Positions 1 to 10,266 of a stretch of DNA of 64,000 bases are shown here, one piece after another. The stretch lies in assembly GCA_045652445.1 (NCBI GenBank), contig JAZRUJ010000028.1, forward strand, positions 3,478-67,477. Reading direction: 5' to 3'. The notes under the pieces are model-generated. The model made no database searches, had not been told where the DNA came from, and worked only from the letters and a program-made list of their open reading frames with translations. Every line of letters begins with the position of its first letter. Position 1 is the stretch's first letter. Origin of the DNA: Eubacteriales bacterium. GTDB taxonomy: Bacteria; Bacillota; Clostridia; Oscillospirales; UBA644. The position numbers and the translations under genes were made by a program.

Positions 1-1857
1 AATGCGAACCAAAAAAACTATTCCTATCCCTATCTGGGCATGGGGGTTGCCATTGAAAACGGAGTAAATCAATACACTTTTTTTGGAAACCTTCATACGA
101 TCACCCAATACGGTGCTATCGGTCAATTGCAAGCCCAGGCTGAATTTAAAAGGGGTAATTGCATTAAAGAAACCATCTATACCGCAGAGGGAAATGTAAA
201 TTACTATTACACCCACGAATATGACGGTGATTTTCGCATTGGATCTGCCTTGTATCAAGATGGACAGATTGTTCAATCGGTCAGCTATGCAAAAGAAAAA
301 GATGGTAAAATTAAGGCAACAACCATTTATTATTTGGAAGAAAATCGGGAAGAAATTTCCCTTCTAACCCTATCAGAAGATGGAAACCTGACGCTAAAAG
401 AAACCCAAACTGACGGTCAAATTCTTCTGCAACAATATAACGGACCCCTGGTAGCGGAATCAACTTTGACCGAAAATGACGGAACCGTTGTTTCTCGGTA
501 TGTTTATGAATACAACGGCAATAAACAATTATTAACCCAGACGGAGTACGATGGAAATAACGGAATTCAAAGCCGCACAGTCAACCAATACAACGAAAAA
601 AATTTGTTGACGAAAACAATTTTCTATAACGGCGACGGCGATATTCTCAATTACGACACCTATAATTACGATCAAAACGGAAACCCCATCAAACAGGTTC
701 AATATTCCGGCAACGGAACAATGCTGAATCAAATTTTGAGGGTGTTTAACGATAAAAACCGTGTTGTAAAAGAAACCAGCCTGAAATCCGACGGTTCCAT
801 TCAATATTGCACCGGATACGATTACGATGACCGGGGAAATGTATTCAAATCCATTGTTTACGATACGGAAAACAGTACCGTCATTCGGCAATATACATTA
901 TTGACTCGTAACGAAGCGGGAACCGTTATTGAAAGCAACACTTACAATGCTGCAAAAACGCTTATTGAAAAAATTCTATACAACCATAGTGGTTTTCTAA
1001 CAAACCGCTATCAATACAATGACAGCGGAAATCTAACGTTGGAAGAACTTTTGCAGTATGATCAAAAACAACGGGTCACCCTGAAATCCACAACCAACTA
1101 TACCGACGACGGAAAAAAGAAGAACGCTTTTAGCGAACAGTACGACGAAATGGGGCTTGTGGTTGTTCAGGTGGAAGAAAATGTAGAAGAAAGCCTTTAT
1201 ATCCAACGCCTATTTGAATATCATTCAGACGGATGGAGACAAAAAGAAACCGCTTTCGACAAAAACGGAAAAACCCTCTTTGAACGGCAATACGACCAAA
1301 AAGGCCGCATTAAATCCGAAAAATTGTTTGAAAAGGGTGTTCAAACGGTCTCGAATGAATACGTCTATGATGAAAATGACCGTGTCGTTACGAAAAGTTC
1401 TTTGGATTCTCTGACAAGTATTCTCATTAAAACCGTTTATACCTACGATAAAAACGGCATTCTTCTTTCTTCGCTGGATTCCAACGTGTTAGGCGTTGCC
1501 ATAACAAAACGGGAATATGACAAACAAGGATTGGTTACCGAAATTACTAATTATGACGACGACGGATTCATAAACGGTTATGTTAAATTTGAATACGATG
1601 ATCAATCCCGCGTAATTGTTGAAAAACGCTATGATATTGAAAAAAATTACGTAGGAAAAACCGTATATTACTACCGCGTCGACGGTGGGACTGATTACAC
1701 AATCTATGACGAATCGGACGTCGCTGTGGAAGATTCCAGAGGCTCGGAATATCTACCCGACAATGACGACAGTAATAACGATGATCAAAATCAAAATACC
1801 GACAGCACAGACACCAATACCCCATCTAGCGACGCAACGCAAAACAACAACAACTAA
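1..1857 (+). CDS. YD/RHS-like repeat protein, 5' partial, with an N/D/T/Q-rich low-complexity C-terminal tail
   Basis: Frame 1 has no stop from nt 1 up to the first ATG at 40, so the gene continues upstream of the window. The product consists of many degenerate units with Y-x-Y-D-x-x-G-N type cores (YEYDGDF, YNYDQNGNPIK, YDYDDRGNVFK, YQYNDSGNLT, YTYDKNGILL, FEYDDQSRVIV). It ends in ...DDSNNDDQNQNTDSTDTNTPSSDATQNNNN. Confidence 0.6.
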   Translation, partial: NANQKNYSYPYLGMGVAIENGVNQYTFFGNLHTITQYGAIGQLQAQAEFKRGNCIKETIYTAEGNVNYYYTHEYDGDFRIGSALYQDGQIVQSVSYAKEKDGKIKATTIYYLEENREEISLLTLSEDGNLTLKETQTDGQILLQQYNGPLVAESTLTENDGTVVSRYVYEYNGNKQLLTQTEYDGNNGIQSRTVNQYNEKNLLTKTIFYNGDGDILNYDTYNYDQNGNPIKQVQYSGNGTMLNQILRVFNDKNRVVKETSLKSDGSIQYCTGYDYDDRGNVFKSIVYDTENSTVIRQYTLLTRNEAGTVIESNTYNAAKTLIEKILYNHSGFLTNRYQYNDSGNLTLEELLQYDQKQRVTLKSTTNYTDDGKKKNAFSEQYDEMGLVVVQVEENVEESLYIQRLFEYHSDGWRQKETAFDKNGKTLFERQYDQKGRIKSEKLFEKGVQTVSNEYVYDENDRVVTKSSLDSLTSILIKTVYTYDKNGILLSSLDSNVLGVAITKREYDKQGLVTEITNYDDDGFINGYVKFEYDDQSRVIVEKRYDIEKNYVGKTVYYYRVDGGTDYTIYDESDVAVEDSRGSEYLPDNDDSNNDDQNQNTDSTDTNTPSSDATQNNNN

Positions 1858-1861
1858 CAAA

Positions 1862-1891
1862 AAGAGCGAGTTGAAAAACTCGCTCTTTTTT
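1862..1891. terminator. Bidirectional intrinsic terminator between convergent genes
   Basis: Perfect 11-bp stem AAGAGCGAGTT / AACTCGCTCTT with loop GAAA. An A-run lies upstream and a T-run downstream. Confidence 0.75.
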
Positions 1892-1892
1892 A

Positions 1893-2462
1893 TTAACGTT
1901 TCATATCGTTGAAAAATTCTTCCCGGCTTCGCATTAGATTTAAAATTTCAAGAAATTTTCGGGGAGACAAATGTGCCGGAAGTCCCAGCCGTTTTTGATA
2001 TTCCGCCCTTAATTTACGGCTTTCTGCCCCACCTAAAAGCCCCATTTCATACAGGTCCGCATTGGTGACGGGATTTTTTGTGTCACAAATCGGAGCAGAT
2101 GCAAATTCCAAAATAGAAGAAAGCAACTCTTCCGGCATCGCCTCTACACCCAATTTCCCCTCTGCAGAAGGATTCTTTTTTCGCTTCTCTTTCCCGAACC
2201 GATCGGGAATATAGGCATTTCGAATATATTGAGGTCCGATGGCACCAATCAAATAATTGCGAATTGCCATTCCAGAACGGTCGGAATCGGTTAACAAAAT
2301 CAATCCTTTTTCCCGTGCAAGCGTTCGTAAGGTTTCCAATTTCGCAGTATCGGAAAAGATTCCAAACCCTCCGGTTTGTACGATAACTCCGTCCACCACT
2401 TTAGACAACGCTATTTGATCGTATTTTCCTTCTACTACGATTACGGAATCTACGTGGATCAT
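1893..2462 (-). CDS. Toprim-domain protein, RNase M5-like (DUF4093-type)
   Basis: N-terminus VIVVEGKYDQIAL...LILLTDSDRSG has the Toprim E and DxD signatures. The C-terminal region ADLYEMGLLGG...RKLRAEY resembles the RNase M5 tail. Its start overlaps the holA stop (ATGA). Confidence 0.6.
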   Translation of the reverse strand: MIHVDSVIVVEGKYDQIALSKVVDGVIVQTGGFGIFSDTAKLETLRTLAREKGLILLTDSDRSGMAIRNYLIGAIGPQYIRNAYIPDRFGKEKRKKNPSAEGKLGVEAMPEELLSSILEFASAPICDTKNPVTNADLYEMGLLGGAESRKLRAEYQKRLGLPAHLSPRKFLEILNLMRSREEFFNDMKR

Positions 2463-3451
2463 AATACCTCCATGGCTTCCGTCAAAAGACGGACAACTAA
2501 AAGATCCGCATCTACGGCAGAAGATTTAGAAAGGACATCAATTTCAGCACAAACGTCCATCAACCGTTCTAAAGATTCCAAGGGAATTTTAGAAAGAATT
2601 TGAGAATAACGGCGAACCAAAAATTCCTTAAATTCCGAAATTTCGGCTCGAACCGACTCCGGTTGTCCTTCCGTCAATTTCAATTTATAAAGCCCACCGA
2701 AACAAGCATACAAAGACCCCAGGATCTTTTGAGGAGGGGTTCGCAATGCACGGAGATCGTTCAACACCTCAAATACCTTGTCCGGTTGCTTTTTCAACAG
2801 ATAGTCATTCAATTCATAGGCTCGTGCCTGAACGGTTTTTACGCATAATTTTTCCAATGCCGTACGGGTAACTTCCCCGTGACAGTAAGAAGCAATTTTG
2901 TCTATTTCCGAGAGCATCAACTCCATGTTTCGCTCTTCCACCGACAAAAAATAGTCCACCTGTTCAGGGGATATGGAACATCCCCGTCGTTGAAATTGCT
3001 GTGCAACCCACCGGGACAAGGTCCGATCATCTACGATTTGAATCTTCAGCATTAGCCCAACATCCGAAATTTTGGACTTCAATGCCTTGTAGGTTTTGCT
3101 TCGGGCGTCCGGCTCTTCAATATCTTGGCAGATAATAATTGAGGTATCTTCGGGAATATCACAATCTTGACTTGCTAAAAATTCGGCTACAGGAGAAGAC
3201 ATCGGGAGATCTGAAATCAATAAAATCTTACGCTCGCCCAAAGGACATAGCCATAATTCTTCGGAAAACGTATCTAAATCCACTTTTTTTCCTTCATAAC
3301 GATGCAAGTCCGTATCCTGATTATCAGGCAACATAGCAGAAATTAGGGATTTAAGGTAGAAACGCTTTAAATAGGGTTCTTCTCCATAAAAGTAGTACAA
3401 AGGACGGAACGTTTTTCGTTCCAGGTCTTGCTTGAGAGCGTCAAGACTCAT
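2459..3451 (-). CDS. holA: DNA polymerase III delta subunit
   Basis: 330 aa. The N-terminus ...FRPLYYFYGEEPYLKRFYLKSL is typical of HolA, and the position downstream of comEC matches Firmicute synteny. Confidence 0.75.
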   Translation of the reverse strand: MSLDALKQDLERKTFRPLYYFYGEEPYLKRFYLKSLISAMLPDNQDTDLHRYEGKKVDLDTFSEELWLCPLGERKILLISDLPMSSPVAEFLASQDCDIPEDTSIIICQDIEEPDARSKTYKALKSKISDVGLMLKIQIVDDRTLSRWVAQQFQRRGCSISPEQVDYFLSVEERNMELMLSEIDKIASYCHGEVTRTALEKLCVKTVQARAYELNDYLLKKQPDKVFEVLNDLRALRTPPQKILGSLYACFGGLYKLKLTEGQPESVRAEISEFKEFLVRRYSQILSKIPLESLERLMDVCAEIDVLSKSSAVDADLLVVRLLTEAMEVL

Positions 3452-5813
3452 AATCGACTACCTCCATTCGAGCTCCGTCAGAGCGAATCGTCACCGTGGA
3501 TAATTGATCCGTCCGTAGAATCTGGGAACCTACCCCCAAGATCCGATCTATCGCTTCTTGGGTTGGGTGTCCATAAGAATTTTTTGCTCCCACGGAGATT
3601 ACGGAATAAACGGGAGTCACAGCATCCAGAAAATTCTTGGAAGAAGAAGATTTGGAACCATGATGGGGAACCAACAGCACATCACAATCCAGACCGGAAC
3701 CGTAGCAAGAAACCAAGCGTGTTTCCGCTTTTGACGTTATATCACCGGTGAACAGCCCCCGATAATTGCCAAATTCACAAAGTCCCACGATGGAGTTTTC
3801 ATTTTGGTCATCGGATGTGGCATCCAAGTGCCGGGTCAAAAGACGAAGATTGGAAGAACCCAGGGATCGTTGGGAATCATCCTCTAAAACCGTCAGAGTT
3901 GCTCCCTCATTTTCCGCCAATACGACAATTTGTGCATAAAGAGAAGCATCGCCCTCTGTATAAGGAATGATGATTTCCTTGATTTCTTTTTCCTCGCAGA
4001 GATCTTCCAAACCATTGGCGTGATCATCGTGAAGATGAGAGATTAAAACAAACTCAACTTCGTTAATCCCCGCAGACGTAAGATAATCGGATGCTACCAT
4101 CCCCGGCTGTTTTGTTCCGCCGCAATCCACCACATAGGCTTGTTGATTTAAAATCGTAACAATGCAATTCCCCTGACCAACATCCAAAAATGCTGTTTGC
4201 AAAACATTTTCCGAGGGGGCAACGTCTCCCACCGTAATACGGGAAGAAACCGATTCTGCAGCCTGATAGATCGTCAAAAGGGAAATTGCCGCAAAAACCA
4301 AGGAAATTCCTCTGCGAACCATTCGTTTCTTTTTCTTTTTTGAAGTAGTTTTAGGCATGGGGAGAAAATAAATTAACGCGGCAAGAATCAGCATAACAAC
4401 AGCAAAAATCCATTGTAATGCCGGAGGAACCATTTCCACCGCGTCCATCCATGATACGGCGAAAGAAGAACAATAGATCATAAATTTTACTCCATAGCTA
4501 ATTAATAACCCGAGAATTTTACAAAATGGTGAGAATACAGAAATTAACGCAATTAGAAGCAAAATCAACGCTCCGAAAAAGCATAATTGCAAGATCGGAA
4601 GCAGTATGGGAGACAAAAATAACGACCATACGGAATAAGAATCTAACCGCATCCAAAGAATGGGCAAGGTTAAGATAAAAGCAGAAACCGAAACGCTAAA
4701 CAAGGAAATGAGGTTCCGCAAAACAGACCCGCAAATCACATGACAGCGAACAAATAACCATTGTATAATTGCTTTAATAACGGGGGAAGAAAACAATAGA
4801 ATGCCCAACGCTGCACAAAAAGATAATTGAAAAGACAGAGACCATACGGAGTATGGCGAAACCAAAAGGATTACAATCGCAGAAAGACCCAGCCGATTAA
4901 ACGGCTCCGTGCGAACAGAGACCCATGTGCCTCCAAACACAATAAGGTTCATGATAACGGCTCGACAAACCGAAGGTGTAAATCCTGAAAAAAGCAAAAT
5001 AATCCCGAGAGACAAAACCGATAGAATTATTTGAAGCCGTATGTCCCTCATTTTTTGAAGGAAAAATAAAACGAAAGAAATAAAGACCGAAACGTGAAGT
5101 CCGGATACCGCAACCACGTGAAGCATACCGGTTTGTTGTAATACCTGATAATCTCCCGAAGACAAGGTATCTTTATTTCCCGTAAGAACAGCGTTCATAA
5201 ATCCGCCTTCATCACCTCCGATATACCGGAGAAAGGTGGTATAAGCGTATCTACGAAGGGAAGAACTTACGGTATAAAAAGACGGTTCCGGCTCGGCAGC
5301 GATAACCTCTTGGGGATTGCGAATTACCCCGATCAACGCCACACCGTCGGAGAGATTTTCCAAAAAGTATACGTCTTTTGGGCGGGAAAAGGTAAATTCT
5401 GCCGTAACCGTTCCACCGCCGTCCGTATAATAAACAGAGCTAAAAAAGACAATTTTTTGAGAAAACGGTCCGTCCACGGGTTTTGCAACGTATCGATACG
5501 AACCTGTAGAAACGACTTTCGGATCCTCAGTTAATTGCACCGTTGCAGTAACGGTTTTTCCATCATATGTATCAACTGTGCGATAATAATCCGTTACCGG
5601 AAAATAAAGAATCAACGTGGAGATCAGAAAACAGCAGAGTGCAAATAAAAGATCTCTTAACCAACGAGTTTTGTATAATACGAACAGAGCCGTAAAAATC
5701 CCGACACCGAAAAGAGAAATCAGGAATCCCGAAAGAAATGCCCCGGGAAAATACCAATACAGCAATGCCGCAATACAAAGAACTACAGCTCCAAGAAAAG
5801 ACGCCCGTTTCAT
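3441..5813 (-). CDS. comEC: DNA internalization competence protein ComEC/Rec2
   Basis: 790 aa polytopic membrane protein. It has a central competence domain and a C-terminal metallo-beta-lactamase motif (VLISHLHDDHANG). Confidence 0.9.
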   Translation of the reverse strand: MKRASFLGAVVLCIAALLYWYFPGAFLSGFLISLFGVGIFTALFVLYKTRWLRDLLFALCCFLISTLILYFPVTDYYRTVDTYDGKTVTATVQLTEDPKVVSTGSYRYVAKPVDGPFSQKIVFFSSVYYTDGGGTVTAEFTFSRPKDVYFLENLSDGVALIGVIRNPQEVIAAEPEPSFYTVSSSLRRYAYTTFLRYIGGDEGGFMNAVLTGNKDTLSSGDYQVLQQTGMLHVVAVSGLHVSVFISFVLFFLQKMRDIRLQIILSVLSLGIILLFSGFTPSVCRAVIMNLIVFGGTWVSVRTEPFNRLGLSAIVILLVSPYSVWSLSFQLSFCAALGILLFSSPVIKAIIQWLFVRCHVICGSVLRNLISLFSVSVSAFILTLPILWMRLDSYSVWSLFLSPILLPILQLCFFGALILLLIALISVFSPFCKILGLLISYGVKFMIYCSSFAVSWMDAVEMVPPALQWIFAVVMLILAALIYFLPMPKTTSKKKKKRMVRRGISLVFAAISLLTIYQAAESVSSRITVGDVAPSENVLQTAFLDVGQGNCIVTILNQQAYVVDCGGTKQPGMVASDYLTSAGINEVEFVLISHLHDDHANGLEDLCEEKEIKEIIIPYTEGDASLYAQIVVLAENEGATLTVLEDDSQRSLGSSNLRLLTRHLDATSDDQNENSIVGLCEFGNYRGLFTGDITSKAETRLVSCYGSGLDCDVLLVPHHGSKSSSSKNFLDAVTPVYSVISVGAKNSYGHPTQEAIDRILGVGSQILRTDQLSTVTIRSDGARMEVVDYES

Positions 5814-8161
5814 CGTTGTTTTAAGGTAACGATGGTAACACCGGTCTCCCCTTCACCATAAACACCCAAACGGAAAGATTCCACCGTCTTATCTTTGCGA
5901 AGCATGGCGTGAACCCCCTGACGCAAAGCACCGGTTCCTTTCCCGTGAATGATGCTGACGGTGGTAAGTCCGGACATTCTGCACCGATCCAAAAATCCTT
6001 CCACCACCGGTTCTGCTTCCAAAATATTCATTCCGCGGATATCAATTTCGTTGGAAACGTCTCTGGTATCCCGTCCTAACGAATAGACAGATTTTCCTTG
6101 AGGTTGCGGGGGGATTTTTGTTTTTTGTTCAATCAGTTCCAAATCATCCAACTTAATTTTGGTCTTAATAATTCCGATCTGGATGGAAACTTGCTTTTTG
6201 TTATCCGGCAATGCAAGAACAGTCCCGGTTTTTCCGAGAGAGATTACTTTTACCGTATCTCCTTCCCGTAACGGACGGGGCAAAGGTTTCTTTTCTTTTT
6301 TAGGGGCTACGGCAGATTCCATTTGGTTCAACGTGTCCGCCGTAGATTTCTTGACAGCACCGATCTTTTCCCGGAAATCCGCCCGGTCTTTTTCTTTCCG
6401 AAGCTCGTCAATTTCGTCCAGCAACCGGTCGGTATCCCGCCGTGCCTGATCCACGATATCGGCGGCTTTCCGTTTTGCCGCTTCCAAATGTTCCTGAGCT
6501 TTGGCTTCTAATTCTTCCCGTTCTGCCTTGGCACGATTTAAGGCACACTGTGCCTCAAAGCGAAGTTCTTCCGCCTGTTTTTTATCGTATTCCAGAGTTT
6601 TACGGGTGGTTTCCAGATCCGCAAGAACGCTTTCCAATTTTACGGTCTCATGATCCAAATGATATTTTGCACCTTGAATGACAAGATCGTCCATGCCTAA
6701 TTTTTGCACGATGGCAAAGGCGTTGGATTTACCGGGTATTCCGGTAATTAAGCGATAGGTGGGGCGGAGCGTGGATACATCAAATTCACAGGAAGCATTT
6801 TCCACATCGGGGGTTTGCAAAGCATACAATTTCAGTTCTGCATAATGGGTGGTACACATGACCTTTGCACCCATGGACTGAATAGATTCTATGATAGACA
6901 TGGCAAGGGCCGCCCCTTCGGAGGGGTCGGTGCCGCTTCCCAACTCGTCCAAAAGAACCAACGAACGATCGGTAATCTGCCCAAGAATAGAAATGATATG
7001 GGTCATATGGGCAGAAAAGGTGGAGAGAGATTGCTCAATACTCTGTTCGTCTCCGATATCTGCAAAAACCCGGTCGTAAAACGCCACGGAAGATCCTTCC
7101 TTGGCACAAATAAACAAACCGGATTTTGCCATCAAACACGCCAAACCAAGAGTCTTCAAAGAAACGGTTTTCCCTCCGGTGTTGGGACCGGTGACAATCA
7201 AAACCGAATACTCTTTTCCGATGGAAACGTCAATGGCTACGACTTTGTCTTTGGAAATTAAAGGGTGACGTGCCGCTGTAAGTACCGTACTTCCGTCTTC
7301 GGTGAGAATGGGTTTAAAGGCGGAAATTTCCGTGGCATAACGAGCCTTAGCAAAGCAAAAATCAAAGAAACAAACGGTTTTGAAATCGCTGACAAGCCAA
7401 TCGGCACGATCCCCGATCTGTTGAGAAAAGGACATTAATATTTTATCGATCTCTCGACGTTCTTCCGCAACCAAAACGGCAATTTCATTGTTGGCATTTA
7501 CCACCGCCATAGGCTCTATAAATACCGTCGCACCGCTGGAGGAAGTATCGTGAACCAAACCGGGAACGTCGTTGCGGCATTCTGCACGCACCGGCAACAC
7601 GTAGCGGTCGTTACGCATAGTAACGATGGCGTCTTGCAGATATTGACCGGCGGAGCGAAGATAACTATCCAGTACGTTCCGGATTTTTGCCCGGGCGGCA
7701 GACTGTTTCCGGCGAATATCTCGCAACGTGGAAGAAGCCGCATCAGAAACTTCTTCCGGAGAAGGAAATGCGGCATTAATGCTGTTTTCCAGAGAAACGT
7801 CCGAAACCAGCAAATCAAAATATTCAGTTAATGCTCCGCTATCCGAGGGTTTATTCTCCCGAAGAGAACGAACGATCCGTAAAAGATCGGCAATTGCAAT
7901 TAATTCGGAAATGGCAAGAGTTGCCCCGTTTTGTGCACGGCGGGCAGAGGAAACAATATTTTTCAAATCGGAAAAGGAAGGGGCTCCATACCGCTGCAAG
8001 ATCGTAAGAGCGGCATCGGTTTCTTCCAAAGCCTTTCGAGCCTCCCCGGGGGTCTTGTGGGGTTTTAAGTCCCGGCACAGTTCCTTTGCAGAATCCGAGA
8101 TGGCGTGAACCGCCAATTTTTCTAAAATTTTAGGATATTCGAGAGGATTCAATTCATCCAT
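5810..8161 (-). CDS. mutS2: Endonuclease MutS2 (MutS ATPase plus C-terminal Smr domain)
   Basis: Walker A motif TGPNTGGKTV, a long coiled-coil region, and a C-terminal Smr domain (IDIRGM...IIHGKGTGALR). I chose the start at MDELNPLEY (ATG at 8161) rather than the ORF-track start at 8236, which would overlap recO. Confidence 0.9.
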   Translation of the reverse strand: MDELNPLEYPKILEKLAVHAISDSAKELCRDLKPHKTPGEARKALEETDAALTILQRYGAPSFSDLKNIVSSARRAQNGATLAISELIAIADLLRIVRSLRENKPSDSGALTEYFDLLVSDVSLENSINAAFPSPEEVSDAASSTLRDIRRKQSAARAKIRNVLDSYLRSAGQYLQDAIVTMRNDRYVLPVRAECRNDVPGLVHDTSSSGATVFIEPMAVVNANNEIAVLVAEERREIDKILMSFSQQIGDRADWLVSDFKTVCFFDFCFAKARYATEISAFKPILTEDGSTVLTAARHPLISKDKVVAIDVSIGKEYSVLIVTGPNTGGKTVSLKTLGLACLMAKSGLFICAKEGSSVAFYDRVFADIGDEQSIEQSLSTFSAHMTHIISILGQITDRSLVLLDELGSGTDPSEGAALAMSIIESIQSMGAKVMCTTHYAELKLYALQTPDVENASCEFDVSTLRPTYRLITGIPGKSNAFAIVQKLGMDDLVIQGAKYHLDHETVKLESVLADLETTRKTLEYDKKQAEELRFEAQCALNRAKAEREELEAKAQEHLEAAKRKAADIVDQARRDTDRLLDEIDELRKEKDRADFREKIGAVKKSTADTLNQMESAVAPKKEKKPLPRPLREGDTVKVISLGKTGTVLALPDNKKQVSIQIGIIKTKIKLDDLELIEQKTKIPPQPQGKSVYSLGRDTRDVSNEIDIRGMNILEAEPVVEGFLDRCRMSGLTTVSIIHGKGTGALRQGVHAMLRKDKTVESFRLGVYGEGETGVTIVTLKQR

Positions 8162-8174
8162 AATCGGGAACCTT

Positions 8175-8894
8175 TCAAAATGTAGTTCGTACCGAACGGT
8201 AATATTCCAAGGAGGAAAAATCCGTATCGGTAACAAAAGAGACGTAATCGGATAGAAGTTTTGACAAATAATGCACCGAATCGTCGTTCATAGAAAAAAG
8301 ATACGCCTTCTTTCCATCATACTCCGTAATATGCTTTAAGGCGGAAATCATTCCGGGAGTTATAGGGTATCCGTTTCCGCATTCTTCGCAGCAAAAACCG
8401 TCTTTGAACGACCATTTGACGGGAGACTTTTCACAGCGGGAGCAGGAAACTTGAGGAAAAACACCTTCGATTACGCAATATTTTGTTTCAAACACCAATT
8501 TGATCAATCTTTCGTCAAGGTCCGTAGAACTCAACAAATACAAAGAATTAAGCAACAATGAACACAACGCGGCAGCATCGGTCTCTTCTCCGCTTTTTGC
8601 GGCAACGTCGGCAAAATATTGTGCCAACGCCAGCCGAGTGATGTCTTGGCGAAGCCCATAAAAGGCCTCTTCCACATCGGCAGAATTAACCACGTACATT
8701 CCCTTTCCCTTAAACAATACGTAATGAGAAAAAACGAAGTTTTGGGCGTAGAGAACCGATTGCTTCTTATTCTTTCCCACCGATCGGGCAAGAACCGTCA
8801 TTCTTCCCCGTTCGGGAGTTAAAAGTGTCAGAATCATGTCTCGTTCGCCGTAAGGACGGGCTTTGAGAACGATTCCGTCGGTGACCACTTCCAT
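8175..8894 (-). CDS. recO: DNA repair protein RecO
   Basis: N-terminal OB-fold sequence (GIVLKARPYGERDMILTLLT), a C-terminal Cys-cluster zinc motif (CSRC...CCEEC), and era-recO synteny. Confidence 0.85.
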   Translation of the reverse strand: MEVVTDGIVLKARPYGERDMILTLLTPERGRMTVLARSVGKNKKQSVLYAQNFVFSHYVLFKGKGMYVVNSADVEEAFYGLRQDITRLALAQYFADVAAKSGEETDAAALCSLLLNSLYLLSSTDLDERLIKLVFETKYCVIEGVFPQVSCSRCEKSPVKWSFKDGFCCEECGNGYPITPGMISALKHITEYDGKKAYLFSMNDDSVHYLSKLLSDYVSFVTDTDFSSLEYYRSVRTTF

Positions 8895-8906
8895 GAAACG
8901 GACTCC

Positions 8907-9788
8907 TTAAAATTCGTTGTATTCGTTGATCAGATTGTCGTTGTTTCTCCAATCTTCCTTGACCTTAACCCGGCATTCCAGATAAACTTTTCTACCAAGC
9001 ATATTTTCGATTTCGGAACGGGCTTCGGTTGCGATCTTTTTCAACATCGCTCCTTGCTTTCCGATAATGATCCCCTTATGGGAATCCCGTTCACAAATGA
9101 TATTCACGTAAATTTCGGTGAGATTTCCGTCTTCCCGATCTTTGAAAAGAACCGTTTCTACTGCCGTCCCGTGAGGCACTTCTTCCCGAAGATTACGGAG
9201 CAATTTTTCCCGTACCAACTCCCCTGCCAAATACCGTTCCGAACGGTCGGTTGCGGCATCGGTGGGATAGTAAGCCACGGGGGATTCTTCCACGTGCTTG
9301 AGGATTTCGTCCAAAACGATCTTCACACCATCCCGTTGTAACGCACTGATGGGAACGATGGAATCAAATTCGTTCAATTCTGCATAGGCGGAAATGACAT
9401 TGAGAATCTCGTCCTTGCGGATTTTATCAATCTTATTCAGCACCAGAATACAAGGCAATCCCGACGCCTGAATTTTCTTAATAACCTCCCGTTCCATAGA
9501 GCCGGGAATACGGCATTCCGCAACAAACAAAACCAAATCTACGTCGCCGATGGATTCTTCGGCAACTTCGATCATGCGGGCTCCCAACTTATTTTCGGGA
9601 CGGTGAAACCCGGGGGTGTCCAAGAAGGCAATTTGCACGTCTTCCCCATTATAAACCCCGACGATCCGACTACGGGTGGTTTGGGGTTTATCGGAAATAA
9701 TGGAAATTTTTTCGCCGAGAATGGCATTCAACAGGGTGGACTTCCCTACGTTAGTACGTCCGATAATGGAAACAAAAGCTGTTTTCAT
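8907..9788 (-). CDS. era: GTPase Era
   Basis: G1 motif GRTNVGKST, G3 motif DTPG, G4 motif NKID, and a C-terminal KH domain (GIIIGKQGAMLKKI). Confidence 0.95.
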   Translation of the reverse strand: MKTAFVSIIGRTNVGKSTLLNAILGEKISIISDKPQTTRSRIVGVYNGEDVQIAFLDTPGFHRPENKLGARMIEVAEESIGDVDLVLFVAECRIPGSMEREVIKKIQASGLPCILVLNKIDKIRKDEILNVISAYAELNEFDSIVPISALQRDGVKIVLDEILKHVEESPVAYYPTDAATDRSERYLAGELVREKLLRNLREEVPHGTAVETVLFKDREDGNLTEIYVNIICERDSHKGIIIGKQGAMLKKIATEARSEIENMLGRKVYLECRVKVKEDWRNNDNLINEYNEF

Positions 9789-9804
9789 AACTTACCTCAC
9801 AAAT

Positions 9805-10266
9805 TTATTTACGCTTTCCGCCCCAGACAAAAAACAAGGCGAAAAGAACAAAAATTACAATACAAACGATTCCCAGGGGATTGGCAATCTTGTTCCAAAC
9901 TAAGCCCCAATTATGGGCATTTCGGAACATAAGTACGGCAACAACGACCGAGGCGATTGCACCTACTAAAACAGCCCCTGCAGCGGCATCCTTTGCCTTT
10001 TCCGCCAAAGGGTGCTTGTCCGGAGAAGCAAGATCCACCGTTTTTTCCACAGCGGTATTCAGCAATTCCAAGGACAAAACCAGGGCAAATAAAATTACGA
10101 GAATTACCGCCTGTCCCACGGTCACTTCGTACAGCACGGAAAACCAGCTAACGAGAAAAACCGCCACCAAATGAATGCGAAAATTTCGTTCTTCCCGAAT
10201 GGTTCGTAAGATACCCTTTGCGGCATAACCAAAGGAACGGAAGATACTCTGAAACATTTTTATCAT
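9805..10266 (-). CDS. dgkA: Diacylglycerol/undecaprenol kinase family membrane protein
   Basis: About 150 aa with three TM segments. It carries DgkA-type motifs (RNFRIHL..., LELLNTAVE, AKDAAAGAVL) and sits in the ybeY-dgkA-era synteny. Confidence 0.8.
   Translation of the reverse strand: MIKMFQSIFRSFGYAAKGILRTIREERNFRIHLVAVFLVSWFSVLYEVTVGQAVILVILFALVLSLELLNTAVEKTVDLASPDKHPLAEKAKDAAAGAVLVGAIASVVVAVLMFRNAHNWGLVWNKIANPLGIVCIVIFVLFALFFVWGGKRK

Noticed and set aside
8162-8236. N-terminal extensions suggested by the ORF track (mutS2 to 8236, ybeY to 10817, galE to 18809, PiT to 31903, CofE-like to 46521, and others)
   Set aside because: The extensions overlap upstream genes, promoters or terminators and lack an RBS. 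Internal starts with an SD and homolog-like N-termini were preferred.
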